Shown here: positions 1-12,848 of the stretch, one piece after another
Layout: each line of letters opens with the position of its first letter
How positions within the stretch are numbered: position 1 is the stretch's first letter
Notes under the pieces: model-generated
The model's database searches: none
What the model saw: only the letters and a program-made list of their open reading frames with translations
What the model was told of the DNA's origin: nothing
Origin: Rhizodiscina lignyota
Taxonomy: Eukaryota
Direction: 5' to 3'
NCBI GenBank assembly: GCA_010015805.1
Contig: ML978121.1
Span: 2,790,001 to 2,854,000, forward strand
DNA: 64,000 nt
Made by a program: the position numbers and the translations under genes

Positions 1-770
1 TTTGAAGTGCCAAATTCATGTTCGAACAGTGGGTTATCCTGCGTTCCCACGATGGCAAAATAGTACGACATTACTGGATTGGCTTGCTCGGAACTCGAGC
101 AAGCTCATATGTTCGCCTCAGGGCTGCATCGTCTTTTGTGGTGATATAGAAAGCCGTTCGCTGCTACCGAGCGGTCATGAGAAGTACATATCAGCCTTGG
201 CGAACACGGCAGAACGTCGGTAAGTATCCTGGGTCAATGCTTAAGGCTAAGGAACCAAAGCCAAGAAGGCTTGCTTCTCGTCTTCCAGGCAGCGACTTGT
301 TCAAGCCACCGCCATAAGCGTATCGATTTCGATTCTCGGCTTGAACGTACGAATCGTGCTGGTCATTCAAGCCACCAGTCATCGTGGCTGCAGCTACGGT
401 TTGTGATGATATCTTCCACCCCTTTTCAGTGAGCCGAAATTTGCGCCGGCTAATAACTGCGCCTTGCTCCTAGAAAGCCACTATTTCATGACTTTCATCA
501 GTCTCAATTCTCCTCATATAAAAAGTTATAAGGGTATAACATTGCTCAATCTTCTTCTGAACCATAAATTCCTTCAGCATCGTGACGCGTCTACACATTA
601 CGACGGCTTAGAATTAAAGCCACGACTATTGCTGCCTACTCTTTGTCACAAGGCTACTGCAAGACTTATCTGTGTCACCGGCCTCACTACTTCCATTCTG
701 ACTTCAACGCATTCATAACAATTTTCAATTCCTCGTCTACTTTCGTTCGAGAGCAGCCAATACTTTCCAA

Positions 771-1583
771 ATGGCACAATCTAATACCGAAGTCAATGAA
801 CTCAACCTTGCCAACCTTCCTGTGGAAATCATTCGCAACATCCTGCAATACGCCGTTCCATACCAGGAGGATCTGAAGTTCGATCAATCATTCTACCTCC
901 AGTTCAAGTTGAAAAAGATCGCTCCATCATGCCCATCCAGACTGGCCGTACTCCAAGTTTGCAAGCGCCTGTATCAAATCGGGAATGACTTCGTCTACGG
1001 CAGCAATACGTTCATCTTCACCTTCAACGCCAAAATCTTCGAGAACCTCCATTTCAAGCACCGGGGATGGATCAGGAGATTCATCAGAACGGACGGCAAC
1101 ACGCCAGTGAGTAGTTTCGATCGCTTCCCGGCGGGAGCAGCACGGTCACTTCAACGAGTGCGAATTGAAGTCGAGGAAGATATACGCCAAGGGACACACG
1201 AAATACGGGAGTGCTTTTCTCGGTTTGTGTGGTCGATGCTCGAATCGAGAGCTTTGAAATCGCTGCATGTCCGGATCCAACATACCCATGATTACACGTA
1301 TTGGAACCAGAACGGCGGAATCCCCTACGATCTCAAGGACGGTTCTTTTGATCAGGCTAGAGTGCAGTATATCGTTTTGCCACTATTGGACCTCTACGGC
1401 CTTCGAACAGCCACGATTGAAGGAGACGTGGATGAAAAGTTTGCTAAGGAGTTGGCACGATTCATGATGGTGGCGAGCGAGAAGAAGGTAGCCAGGATTC
1501 AGTTTAGATTCAAGATACAGAATTTGGATTGGATGAAGAGTCCTGCAATCCTTGTAGCGAATGTAAATAAGTGGGTTACTTAA
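771..1583 (+). CDS. Hypothetical protein with N-terminal F-box-like motif
   Basis: Intronless 270-aa ORF. N-terminal LANLPVEIIRNILQYA resembles the fungal F-box-like motif, followed by LQVCKRLYQIG..VYGSNTF, a pattern common in fungal F-box-like hypothetical proteins. Confidence 0.7.
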   Translation: MAQSNTEVNELNLANLPVEIIRNILQYAVPYQEDLKFDQSFYLQFKLKKIAPSCPSRLAVLQVCKRLYQIGNDFVYGSNTFIFTFNAKIFENLHFKHRGWIRRFIRTDGNTPVSSFDRFPAGAARSLQRVRIEVEEDIRQGTHEIRECFSRFVWSMLESRALKSLHVRIQHTHDYTYWNQNGGIPYDLKDGSFDQARVQYIVLPLLDLYGLRTATIEGDVDEKFAKELARFMMVASEKKVARIQFRFKIQNLDWMKSPAILVANVNKWVT

Positions 1584-2123
1584 TAGCTGGCGAAATCTAA
1601 TCGGCTAATGATTGATCGGAACTTACTCCGTGGAATGTGACTGTGACTGCGACTCTGATTTCGCTTGAATGGATTCTGTACTCGACACTATTGGCTCGGT
1701 AGGAATTAAGCTTGTGATAAGACATATTGTGTGATATTTGGCTTTGTGCTCGCCTCCCGATCACCGCTTTGCATTGTTTGCTGACGCAGCCTCTGTCGTC
1801 ATTGGACAACGGAAGAGCTGCCCGACATAAGTTCCAAGCGAAGCAAATCCAGGGGAATTTATTTCAACGACTTCAAGACGCCGAACTTATCATCTTGCAA
1901 TGCTTTTCAAACGACAGTTGTTCGAACGAGGTCACGAGCCTACCTACGCTTAATCTAAGCGCTCAGATGCCCTTCCACCAAGCAGCGATTTAAGCTTCGC
2001 GAGCCTGGTCGCTCTTCCACGGTGTTACTAGACACCTACCATCCTCACATCTTTCTCTCCAAATCTACCCATAACAACTCTCCCCTACGAATTCCACACA
2101 TCCTTTGACGAGAATTTCCCAAA

Positions 2124-3044
2124 ATGTCTACCGGATTCGTGACGATCGTACCACCGCCTCGCAATGCGCTCCGCGAGTACAACCCGACTCTCCCACCCTC
2201 GAAGCAACCTTCTTCGATTCCGCCGGCTTTCCTAGACGCCATGTACGTCCGCGAAGAAGTGTTTGTGCAGGAACAAAACGTCCCACTTGCGAACGAACTC
2301 GACGACGACGATCCCAGATGCTGGCACTGGGTTGCATATGCCTCTGTCGGCACCTCGGCGCGTGCACGGTCAAATGGATCAAATGGACCATCAGAGACAG
2401 AGACAGACAAGGACAAGGTCGAGGAGCAAGCAAGGAAGGCTTCAGCGGCAAAGGTACCTGTCGCGACAATACGTCTGGTGCCGCCACCCCATGAACCACA
2501 TCCGGTACCGGGCTCGAAAATGGTTTTTGATAGCAGAACCGGCAACGCCGTCTGGACAATGCCGACGCCGGAGGAGGCAGCTGCGCAGCCAGAAGCTGCA
2601 AGGAGCAAGGGAGAGAGTCATGGTCCGGAGGAGCCTTACATCAAGCTTGGCCGGCTGGCAACGTCACCACCTTTTCGTGGACTGGGATTGTCGAAGTTGG
2701 TCATCAACGCTGCACTCGCGTGGGCGGCAAATCATCCACACGAGATCCTGCCCCCACTAAGTCCGACAAGCAGAGAGGCCGCACGACTGGCGGAGGAGAA
2801 GGCAGATGGTGTAGACACGCGACCGATGGACGGATGGCACGGACGTGAAGAAGGCTGGAGGGGACTTGTGCTGGTGCATGCGCAAACGAGTGTGGAGAAG
2901 GTGTGGGCAAAATTTGGCTTCGTTAGGGACGAGAGCTTGGGAACGTGGTGGGAAGAAGGTATCGAGCACATTGGCATGTGGAGGAAGCTGACGGTCAAAG
3001 AAGAGTCGACCGTTGATCCGCTGTCTCCCAAGTGGAAAACATGA
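2124..3044 (+). CDS. GNAT-family acetyltransferase (ElaA/YjcF-like)
   Basis: 306 aa with VREEVFVQEQNVPLANELDDDD, KLGRLATSPPFRGLGLSK (acetyl-CoA motif A), HAQ, and WWEEGIEHIGMW. Confidence 0.9.
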   Translation: MSTGFVTIVPPPRNALREYNPTLPPSKQPSSIPPAFLDAMYVREEVFVQEQNVPLANELDDDDPRCWHWVAYASVGTSARARSNGSNGPSETETDKDKVEEQARKASAAKVPVATIRLVPPPHEPHPVPGSKMVFDSRTGNAVWTMPTPEEAAAQPEAARSKGESHGPEEPYIKLGRLATSPPFRGLGLSKLVINAALAWAANHPHEILPPLSPTSREAARLAEEKADGVDTRPMDGWHGREEGWRGLVLVHAQTSVEKVWAKFGFVRDESLGTWWEEGIEHIGMWRKLTVKEESTVDPLSPKWKT

Positions 3045-4259
3045 CAGGACTGGCTTAGCAGCAAGGGCTGCGAGATGTGGGAAGCTGGTGAATCTGCTTC
3101 AAGCGGCATCGAAGGCGTTTGTGATACCCTATCTGGCGATACGCTCCAGTAACATGAGTAACGACGATATAATGAATCAAATGGATGTACTCCATACACA
3201 TTCGATGGTACCTTGCCAGTGCCGAATGCAAAAGATGATTGGAGGAATTCAATCGACTTCTTCGTCGCACACTGGCTCCGCTTGCAACGGCGTCAGGTTG
3301 GCGGCTGTCTAACAGTTACACCACATGACGATTTCCCTCATCGCCCAACGGCGTCCCAGCTAGCTTGTCCTCCCATTGAATATGTTTTAGCTCATGCTCT
3401 GCCACCTTCGTCAATGGCATATTCAGCCTCAGATTCCGACATTGCGCATGTTCCCATTCGATAAAATCATATGCACTAAAATCATGGTAGTCGGGCTTTT
3501 CGTCTCTTGATAGGTAGGCCTGGTTGAGAGATTCAACAACAACTGATGGTCGGACACGCATGCATACATTTACTTAAAATGGTGAAGGATGAGACGAACA
3601 AAGAGAGCGTGAGGTGCCTTGCTGCTGTGGGTGCATGCAGGAAAGGATGCAGTATGGGGAAGGAAGGAAGGGATGCTCTTCCCTTTTGGGAAAGGCCGTT
3701 AGTGATTACTGTGTGGCTGCCCTTAACCAGACGTCAACTGTCTAAAAGATATTCGACAGACCCAAGAACGCTCTCTAAAATACTCTCAATGCATGATTTC
3801 TGGCGTTTAATAGAGCCACTGAGTAGGTGTCCACGATTTCATTCCAGTCAATGCTTGTCCTTTCGAGTGAATTGGATGGGTTGCACACATCTCAATGGCC
3901 GCAAGGGCGGAAGAAAGGAGAAGGACTCGGGGTGTCCAGACTTCCCAAAGCAGAATAATTGGAAGGGAATTACAGGATGCCAACAGGAGGCAAGGTGGGT
4001 TGAGCGAAGTCAGGTGGTGGTGCTGGTGGGGAGGTTGTTCTGTATTCACAGCATGGCTAAGGGCCTCTCACAAACCCATCTCCTAACACACGACCATCGC
4101 GGCTCCGGGCTATTTGCCCACGCACCCACTTCTAATTTTCAAATTCCTTTCGAGCGAAACCTTCCCTTCTATTCTCCACTTCTGAACACCAACCTACCGA
4201 CACTTTTCTACTGTCGACCAATTCTACACTCATTCTAGTTCTTCGCTGTTGTTGCTATT

Positions 4260-6211
4260 ATGGCGCCAACAATCATTTTGCCTGGCGGGCTCAGTAAGGA
4301 TGGCCATGATTGGGGTGCTCCGCTTCTTGACGCTCTTGGGATCACCTACATTGTGATTGCGATAGCCTATACTCTCCTGGTTTTCTTTGGACTCTACCGA
4401 TTGTGGCTCCATCGCAATGAGGTTGCCGTTCGTCTTCGCGGCTTCTGGACTATCGCCTCCGCTGTCATCTTGTTACTTACGTACGGAGCTTGGGTGATCA
4501 TTGTCTACCCGCTGAACGGCCTGTTCAAATGCAACACCGAATTCTGGGTTATGAGTGTCTTCCTGCCAACAAGCATCGGTCTTTTCCAAGGTAAGCGTTA
4601 AAGATCTTCAAGGTTTGCGAAACACCTACTGATCAAACACAGCATCCAACATCCGCCTCCTATCCTACTACCAGGCACAACAGGACCTGGCTGATGATGC
4701 AAAGACTCTCGCCGAAAAGAAGAAGTGGACTATTCTCTTGAACCGCGGTCCCGTCGCATTTTGGAAACAATTGGATACCGCCCAGAAGACCTACTTTGGC
4801 ATTGCTGTTGGCATAGTTATCCAACTCATTGTCACCTTGGTTCTCTACTTTGGATCACGTCTCTTCAATGAACGTGGCTTCTTCGGCACGCACGTTGGCC
4901 CAGGAGAGTGCCGTAGGGGCTGGGAATGGTACGTGTTGAGCAACTGTTAGCATATGGCCAGATTCTAACAAGTTTAGGGTCCCATCGGCGTTCTGGCAGT
5001 TCCTGTGGGCCTGGGTCTTCGGTCCATTCGTCCTTATCAAAATCTGGAACATCAAGGATGTGCATTACTGGGCGCGGCAGACACGTATCGCCATCTTGGC
5101 TGGGTATGAGATTGCACTGTTCTGTCTTCCCTATTGGTATACTAAGTTATCATAGTCTTGCTGGTACACCGTTGTGGCTTGTCTTCATCCACTCGAATTC
5201 TCCAGGCGTTGCCAACGTAAACAAGTGGTGGATGCCTGCTGGCTGGTAAGTACTGGTTGCTCCACTCGAATAATATCAAGGCCACGATTGACTCTGATTT
5301 TTAGGTTCCTCCCTGGAATTTGGGCCATGCAATTCGTCAGCATCTGGTATCCACTAAAAGACGCCCGCGAGTCCCGAAAGCGACGCCAAGGCCGGTGCAT
5401 TGATTGCATTCTTGACGCAAACAGCCACCCAATCTCAAACAGGGATGATTATTACAGCATGGGCAACTTGGAAGGCCAGATCGACCGCAGGATCGAGCAA
5501 CTCCTCAAATACGCAGCCGAGAAGACGTTCACTGCGGAGAATATTCTCTTTATCCGCGAGGTGCGTGACTTCAAGAGGAGATGGGAAGTTGCCATGAAGC
5601 GCTCGCCGTTGTCACTTGACCAGCTCCGAGAGCGTTTCGAAGAGGCAGCGTTAATCTTCTTCACGCTGGTAAATCCCGCAACCGCCAAGTTCAACATTAA
5701 TCTGGACTACAAGACCTACCTTGATCTGTCCTTGATGTTCCGGGGCTGCGATTACCAGCGTGACGACGATGGTAGCGAGCTTTCAAAGTTAACCGCTGGC
5801 ACCAATGATGCTTGCCCGTGGGAGACCCAGCCTGAAGACTCGCTCCATTCGGCCGATACTTCCAGTGGCGTGCTCGACATCGAACTTCTCTGCAAAGGTC
5901 CCGGCGGCAAAATCAATGGTAATGTCTCTGCAGCTAAGAGTAACGCAAGCTCGATTACCGTCAACGCAGAAAGCGAACTTGAGTTTCCACACGTCCCCGG
6001 CGAATTTTCCATCAAGGTCTTCGACAAAGCGTACGACATTGTGAAAAAAGACGTCTACTTGAACATGTGGATCAGGTACGAAAAGGAAGTGGGCAAGCCC
6101 ATCCCACAGAGGAAGGCTGAGGCCGCTTCGTCCACTACTCTCTCTTTCATCTGCCATCCGAGTGCGTCTCTGAGCCAACTGTTTGGTTCCACGAACCGAT
6201 CCAATGTCTAA
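4260..6211 (+). CDS. Multi-TM GPCR-like protein fused to a C-terminal RGS domain (GprK-like)
   Basis: Exons 4260-4590, 4643-4928, 4978-5103, 5156-5245, 5305-6211 with GT-AG introns. Hydrophobic helices are followed by RGS signatures (LLKYAAEKTFTAENILFIREV; AKFNINLD). Confidence 0.85.
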
Positions 6212-6587
6212 CCTCTGAGCTCATTAGATACGTGGAGGATACCAAGAACGTAGCGAGCAGTTCGGCGAGGGAACCGTACGGCTTCCCGTACGAACGGTAC
6301 AATAACTGATTTGTGGCAATGACACCACTATCCTGATGACAGAACTTCACGATTGGGCTTGGAGGATTGGAGCGCCGAGAACGGTCATTATGTCTTTCCT
6401 TTTTTCTATTCGGCTGCCGAGTACATGAAAAAAATCTGTACATGCCCCAACTTCACAGACACTCGTTTTGTTGCACAAAAGGTTTCCCAGCACTGTACGT
6501 AGAACGCTGGGCCTTATAATGAGGCGACTCCTTCACTCCTATTGTAATTAGACTTGATGAATCCTCCAAGAAGTCCCAATACACAGA

Positions 6588-9550
6588 TTAAGCCCACACA
6601 AGCTTCTTCAAAGAGTAACCGATTTGCTCGAAGTATCCGGTGCTCTTCTTGGCGTCCGCCAGTGAAATGATATCGTGCTCTTCAACATCCACGTTTTTCG
6701 TAGTCGGTAGCTCTCCGCTATTCCGCGCCTTATTCACCACTCTCGTGATCTCATCACATATCGTTTTGACCATTTCCTGTTCTGTCATTTCTCGCACGTC
6801 TTGACCATCCACTGAGGCAAAGCTAGATCTTGGCGGTAATGCCTTGAACGCCAATATCTTCGTGCTTGAGTCCGACGTCTTCGCCTGAGGCTCGGCTTTC
6901 TGCTGCTCACCTTGCTCTTTCTCATCCTCTCCATCCTTGTCGCTCGCAAGACTTCGAGTGTTGACACGCCGCATGTCCTGTCCGCCAGTCTTATACCGAA
7001 TAACTAACCCAACGTTCTTGTCTTCCTCCGTGTCCCTCTTTGCCAACGTGCTAGTGACATAAGTACCTCTCATGATGGCTTCCAGATGTTCCAATTCAAC
7101 TCGTTCGAATTCTCGCACTTTCTCCGTCCCCCAGTCGAAACGACAGAAGTACAAAGCCGTCTCACTAAGCAGCAGGACGCACTCCTCAAATGGTAGGCTA
7201 CGAAGCGTGTTCGACACCCGTGGGCAGCTCAACGTCCAACCAGCAATCATGTCCTCGTTCGGATCCTCGAATACGATCTTTGTGCACGTGTCGATGGCAT
7301 TTTGCCTCACCTTGCGCAAGTCGACCGCATAGTCCTGAGACTTCATATCCGCCTCAAATTCCTCAAAGATGGACTCGTCCGCGTTGCCGAGGGCGAAGTC
7401 GATGAACGTCTGTGCCAGATAGTCGTTTACGATGTTGTTGTAGTATCTGTTGAGCGTCAGGCCGAAATCAGTCAGTGCCCCGCTGATGTTGCGCTTCCGC
7501 GTGCGCGTAAAGTCGCCCTTGAGCGCTGCTGTACCAGCATACTGTCTTGATATGGCATCGCCGTTGTCTGCCCACAGTGTGTTGAACCAAGCGGTAGTGG
7601 GATCGCGTTGGAGGTCAATCTCGAAACCTTGTTCTTTGAGCTGCTGCTCGAGCGCATCGCGGGCGGTAGCTGATTGCACAACGTTGGTGCGGTCGAGACA
7701 ATCCATGCAGTTTGTGCGAAGGATTCCGCGCTGGATCTTTTCGAGCTCGCCATTACGCTCGAGCGTCCACCCGTTAGACTCTAGACCGGGTCGGAGGGTG
7801 TCCATCAGCATCGATACATTCTCAAACTTCATACCGCGACAGGCATGGTGAAAGTCGAACCATTCGAAATCCAGCTTCTGGCCCTTGCCATCTATTCCTC
7901 CGCTCTCGTTCAACTTCTTCGCATGATTTTCGAATGCTTCGCCTATCGACATTTCAGTTCCCCGTTTGTCAACCAACGATGCAGCCTGGATGTCTCCATA
8001 TCTCCTCAGGAGTTTCTGGAAATGCAATTTGAACGCGATCGCATTCGTAGCCTCAGACCCGTAAAACACTGGAAGCGGCTTGAAGCTGTATGGGCTCTGT
8101 GAGAAGAAGAGCGGAATAGAGCCTCTATATTGCAAGAAGGAATAAATTCTGTCTCCATTCTCGCCCCATGATGGTGTCGAGAGTATCTGCTCGGTTTCGA
8201 CACTATTGGCCACATTCCCTTCCTCGTCGACTCCTCGCCGAAGATAGCGGAGTCCAGCACGCTTGATCGAACGCCGTGAGATGACTGTGAGCAGGAACTG
8301 TTTTTGCCCTGCCTTTGGCGCCGGGGGCGCTTTGGCACTTTCTTCCTCGTCGCCCTGAGCACCTTGAAGTTCGACCACATCTTCAGGATTCGACTTTGTC
8401 TCTACAATGCTTCCTCTCCGAGAGCTTTCAGACGTGTCCAGCGCAAATGCTCGCTGACCGACGAAGCCTTGGATTAGCGGCATCGTAAAGGTTTGCTGTC
8501 CAGCATCGGTAAAAGGCTTTAGGAGGTGGCCATTCCAAAAGAAAAGCGGATCAAAGCTGTTATGTACATTCTGACCCTGTCCGCTTCTATGTTGTAATGG
8601 TAAGCTTCTGGAAAGATCGAGATCGTATGAGAAGAAGAAACTCTGAGATGCAAAGAACAGCTTTGCCGTCCGTAGTATTCTGGGTAGCAAAGCAGTCACT
8701 TTACTCTCTGCATCCTCCGCATGCTTCTGTGCGATGCTAGCAGCGTCATCATCCTTGTCTGCTTTTGTGCCATCTCCTTGACTTTGGGTATCAGACGTGG
8801 CAGCGGCATCCCGAGAGTCTGTACCAAGAGCTTCGACATTAGATCTGGCCGCTTGAGTATTGAGATTCTCTTCACTGCTCATTCCTTGTTTACGTCGACC
8901 TTCGGCACTCCAGCCTTTGCGCGAAAACCATCTGTCCGCAAACCGTCCATACATTCCCTTTTTGTTAATGACATCCTCTGCTACGCTTGTGCTTCGTGTA
9001 TGATGCCGATCTGAATCCTCACCCGGAGGTGTTTCCGGCAATGAATCATTATCCGTCAGCGTCTTAGTATCCTCTTCGTCCGAGGACTCTGATAGCTCCG
9101 CTGCTTCGTCTCCACGAGCTTTTAACCTCCTCGCGCGGGCATCTCGAGCTTGTGCCAGCGCTTTCTCAGCCTCCGGCTGTGAAGAAAGCGGTATGAGTGC
9201 GACATCGTTCACCACATATATCGGGTTGCCTCGGATCTGGGCGACTTGCTTGCGATCGCTGATGGAGATGAGGTAGGAAACAGACGATATCTTCAGGAGA
9301 CCTTCACATAGTTAGCAATGCTCGACCGTCCGTTGCGCTTCTCCTTACCAACAATTCCGTGCGACTCAAAAGCTGGAGGAGCAGTCTCCTCATCTCTTCG
9401 ATCCTTAAGCAGGGGTGCAATCGCATCTGTTCGATACGCAATCTTGATGGCCTGCTCGGTGGCCGGCCGGTGATTCCGTGGCGGTGCTGGCTGCAGGACA
9501 AGACCGTCCACCGCAGCGAAAATCAAAATTTTGCGCACCAGACCTGGCAT
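6588..9550 (-). CDS. SacI-domain phosphoinositide phosphatase with C-terminal hSac2 domain (Sac1/INPP5F-like)
   Basis: Start MPGLVRKILIFAAVDGL at 9550; intron 9302-9348. Intact CX5R motif RTNCMDCLDRTNVVQ, plus ISRRS..RAGLRYLRRG, QYRGSIPLFFSQ, LWADNGDAISRQYAGTAALKGDFTR. Confidence 0.93.
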
Positions 9551-9833
9551 TGTGTCGCCAAAGCCTTCAAAGGCGCTGTAGCCAGGCTTAGAGAGTAAGT
9601 AGTTGTGCGCTGGTGGAATGATCGAACTGTCTCTGGATCTCGAATTTCCATGATCATCACCAGCATGGTGACGTAGATGGTTTGTCTTGGACGCATCCAT
9701 GTCCCGCGTCTCTGTCACTCTCACTTTCCAAGTCACCTTCTGAATAGAACCGAGTGCGTCTACAAATCATTACATTAAAGTATCATTCTAATTAAACATG
9801 GCATTTACAATATTGGTAAAAGGTACTGTCCCC

Positions 9834-10623
9834 TTAAGAAGCGGCGGAAACAATGACCGCCATCTGAAGCCCCCTCCTTCTGTCCAACTCCTTTTTCAGC
9901 ATCAAAAGGCATGTAGCCACCACAACGTGCTCTTCTAGCACATTTCCTGCCTCTGAATCCAAGACAAGCTCTCCACCATTTCCTGCTGTGCATTTCTTCG
10001 AGCCCGGCGTTCTCGTCTCGTCATTTCGGACCAGTTGTGCAATCTTCCTTGCCTTGCGTTTGTTGAGCTTCTCGTACAACACGAGCATTCTCTCCTTCTG
10101 TTCCTTCTGCTCAGGTCCTTTGCTCCATTTTTCATTCGCGTAGCGCCACTCGAACTGCTTCCCGTTCGGCATTGTAAAAAGATGGCTCCGGCTCGTCCAC
10201 TTGCTCTTCGTCTTTATTTCTTCCCCAAGAAACTCTGACTGGATGTGTTCTTTCACCATCAATGCCGACCTCCCCTTTGCTTGGAGGCATGAGGTGCATG
10301 ACTGGATCCCTGCCAGGCCCGAAGAAGTACTTTGTCGCAACGAGATTACCGTTACTGTCGGACAGGATGGCATCTCCAGAGGAGACCTTGGCTCGGGTGG
10401 ACATGTACACGACATTCTCATCTGTGTCGGTGATGGCTATCTCTAGCTCCTTCGATGGGCAGGGTAAACGGATCAGTCCAACACCATGCGCATTGATTAT
10501 CAGCGTTCGACCGCGTTTGAAGTTTCCAACCTCAGATACCTCTGAATAGAGTGTCGTAGCATCGGAGTTGAGGGAGCGGACGTCGACAAAGGAATGATCG
10601 ACCTCTTTTTCTTTGATGTCCAT
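9834..10623 (-). CDS. Conserved-looking fungal hypothetical protein split over two reading frames (candidate 31-nt intron or frameshift near 10239-10269)
   Basis: ORF 10132-10623 reads as protein up to YFFGPGRDPVMHL. ORF 9834-10421 reads as protein from EEIKTKSKWTSR to AQLVRNDETRTPGS..GNGGEL..VATCLLMLKKELDRRR. Confidence 0.7.
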
Positions 10624-12540
10624 AGTTTATTATCGTGGAAGAAGTTGGTGGAAGTGACGAGCGTTTGCTGTAACTTAATCTCGAGGGTGGTGGATGTGGA
10701 GCAGGCTGCAAACCGAGAAAGGATTGACTTGTATATGAAGAATTCGAGTTAAGAATGAAGTCCATCATGCTAAATTTCTTTATAATCAGTTGGTTTTTGA
10801 TCGTGATGCCTGTCTGCCTTGAACCGTACTCGTGTGGCAGTGCTCGTTTGGCACGGCGTACTCCGAGATCAGCCAAGACGCCAGTGAAGACACTCTCTGC
10901 CTGACGAACACAGAGCTTTGGAATATAAGGCATCATTCTGAGAGGCAATCGACTGAAATGGGCCAGGCTTGCGAAGCTGAATATTGTATTGTGTTCGATG
11001 CTTAGTGTGACGGGGAGACCGAAGGCTGCAGGATCAATTCGACACATTCAGACACCGCACTTGAAATGTATACTTCACAGAATGAAAAACAATTGGTCTC
11101 CGTAATCTGCTCAGCCTTCGAATTGCGTCTAACGATGACAAACTGTTAAATCCCTCGTTTTCCTGCGGCTTCTGAGATAGCTTGTACCTTGATCACCAAG
11201 TCTCAACCTCCTTTCCCTAATCCATGATGCAAATCAAAGAATGACCTCGGTCAGATTGGAAGACATATACATGAATTGTTGGCCCATCAGATAGCAATGA
11301 TGCAGTATAATGCCAGCGAAAGATCCTTGAACGGACTGACGCTTGATTCCTGCTGCCAGCTACATCATATCAGGCCGTTAACCCTCAGTGTCACAGAATC
11401 ACCAGATACGCTGACGAGCATGCAGAACGCAGGCAAGTCTTCGTATTGACGACGCTGGAAAATGTGAGTCCCCCAACTCCCAACCGAAGAATTGCTGGCA
11501 ATTGCCCCCGACCCAACGTTTGCTTGCGGCCAAATGGCTCGAAGTAGCCCCCACATGAGTTCTACGCGCCATAAGAAGCGCGGAACGACAATTGGCGTGC
11601 AGTCCCCCAGTTCCCAAATGTTATAATGTTATGACCCCAGCGAGTGATCCAGAAGTGTCCTGGAGCTCGCCGTGTCGGTGTCTCGGAGTTTGTCTGTGTC
11701 GGAGAGTTGTGGCGCTGCAGTCTGCTGCTCACTTCTAACCTCCACAACCGGCGCCGCCCGCCTATTCTGGCGTGGAACGGTTCCTTTTGAATTCCGGAGG
11801 ATCAGGAAAGAAGCATCCGTCCTCGCTGGATGCCTCAACTCGGTCCGAATGCCCCTTCCCTGCCCTCCATCGTGAAATTTTGTCTGAGAACTTCGTCACA
11901 CAGGTCGGTGCCCGCCCCCACAAGCATTACCAGCAACGCCGGATATGCTTACACGTGGAATTTGCGGCGCTCCAAGTCCCGTGCTTCCGTTCTGTGTCAG
12001 GTCCTCTGTGGAGCCCACCTCTGCGATCGAAGCCGACCGTAGACTTTGTGACCCTCCGGCGAGTCCCGTTCTGTTCCATCACCTTATACCCGACGAATGC
12101 AGCCTGCCCCCAGTTTGCGCGGCATCTAACGCAAGTGGAATTTGCAGCGCATGCACCAACCAGGCATTCCTAACTTCCCTCAGGGCACTCCCGATGGGTG
12201 TTAGGACGGTGATGGAACTATATTTCGCCCTGTTCAGGCACAAATGGCTCTTCCGAGTCAGCTGACACCTGCGCCGCTAATCGAGCGCGCGCTGGTAAGC
12301 TGTCCCACAAGCTACAATAGTGACTGGGTCTGCTTGATACACCGGGCGCAATCGGCGACCGCCGGTCATTCAAGAACGCCCGCAGTCAAGACTCTTTGCC
12401 AGGTTTCCACTGACGACAAGAGAGAGGCCCGCAGAACACACCAAGCAAGCCTGGCGTGCTATTCGCCCGCCAAAGCCTCTCTCGCGCACATCAGGACTGC
12501 CTTGGCCAATCTGAGGATTCTGTGTACTCTGAGTACAGAT

Positions 12541-12848
12541 AAAACCGCACGATCAAAGACCTTTCCTGCTGTGTCCACTGCTAGCCATAGCTGCAAGTAA
12601 AGAGCGGTACGATCTGTGCTTGATTCGTTCGGAGACTTGTAGATTTGGAAAAAGCCGCACGATCAAATATCATTCCTGCTGTGTCCACTGCTAGCCATAG
12701 CTGCCAGTGAAGAGCGGTACGATCTGTATTTGATTCGTTTGGAGAGATGTGGATAAAGCCGCACGATCAAAAGACCCTTCCTGCTGTGTCCACTGCTAGC
12801 CATAGCTGCAAGTGAAGAGCGGTACGATCTGTTTTTGATTCGTTTGGA
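12541..12848. repeat. Three imperfect tandem copies of a ~105-110 bp unit
   Basis: Units start at 12541, 12651 and 12755. Shared core: CCGCACGATCAAA..TTCCTGCTGTGTCCACTGCTAGCCATAGCTGC.AGT..AGAGCGGTACGATCTGT..TTGATTCGTT.GGA. Confidence 0.95.

Noticed and set aside
3546..4238. 230-aa ORF upstream of the GPCR-RGS gene
   Set aside because: Composition is not protein-like and it runs through a pyrimidine-rich promoter/5'UTR.
12541..12848. CRISPR-like array
   Set aside because: Eukaryotic context, no cas genes, and the sequence between the conserved cores is homologous rather than unique spacers.
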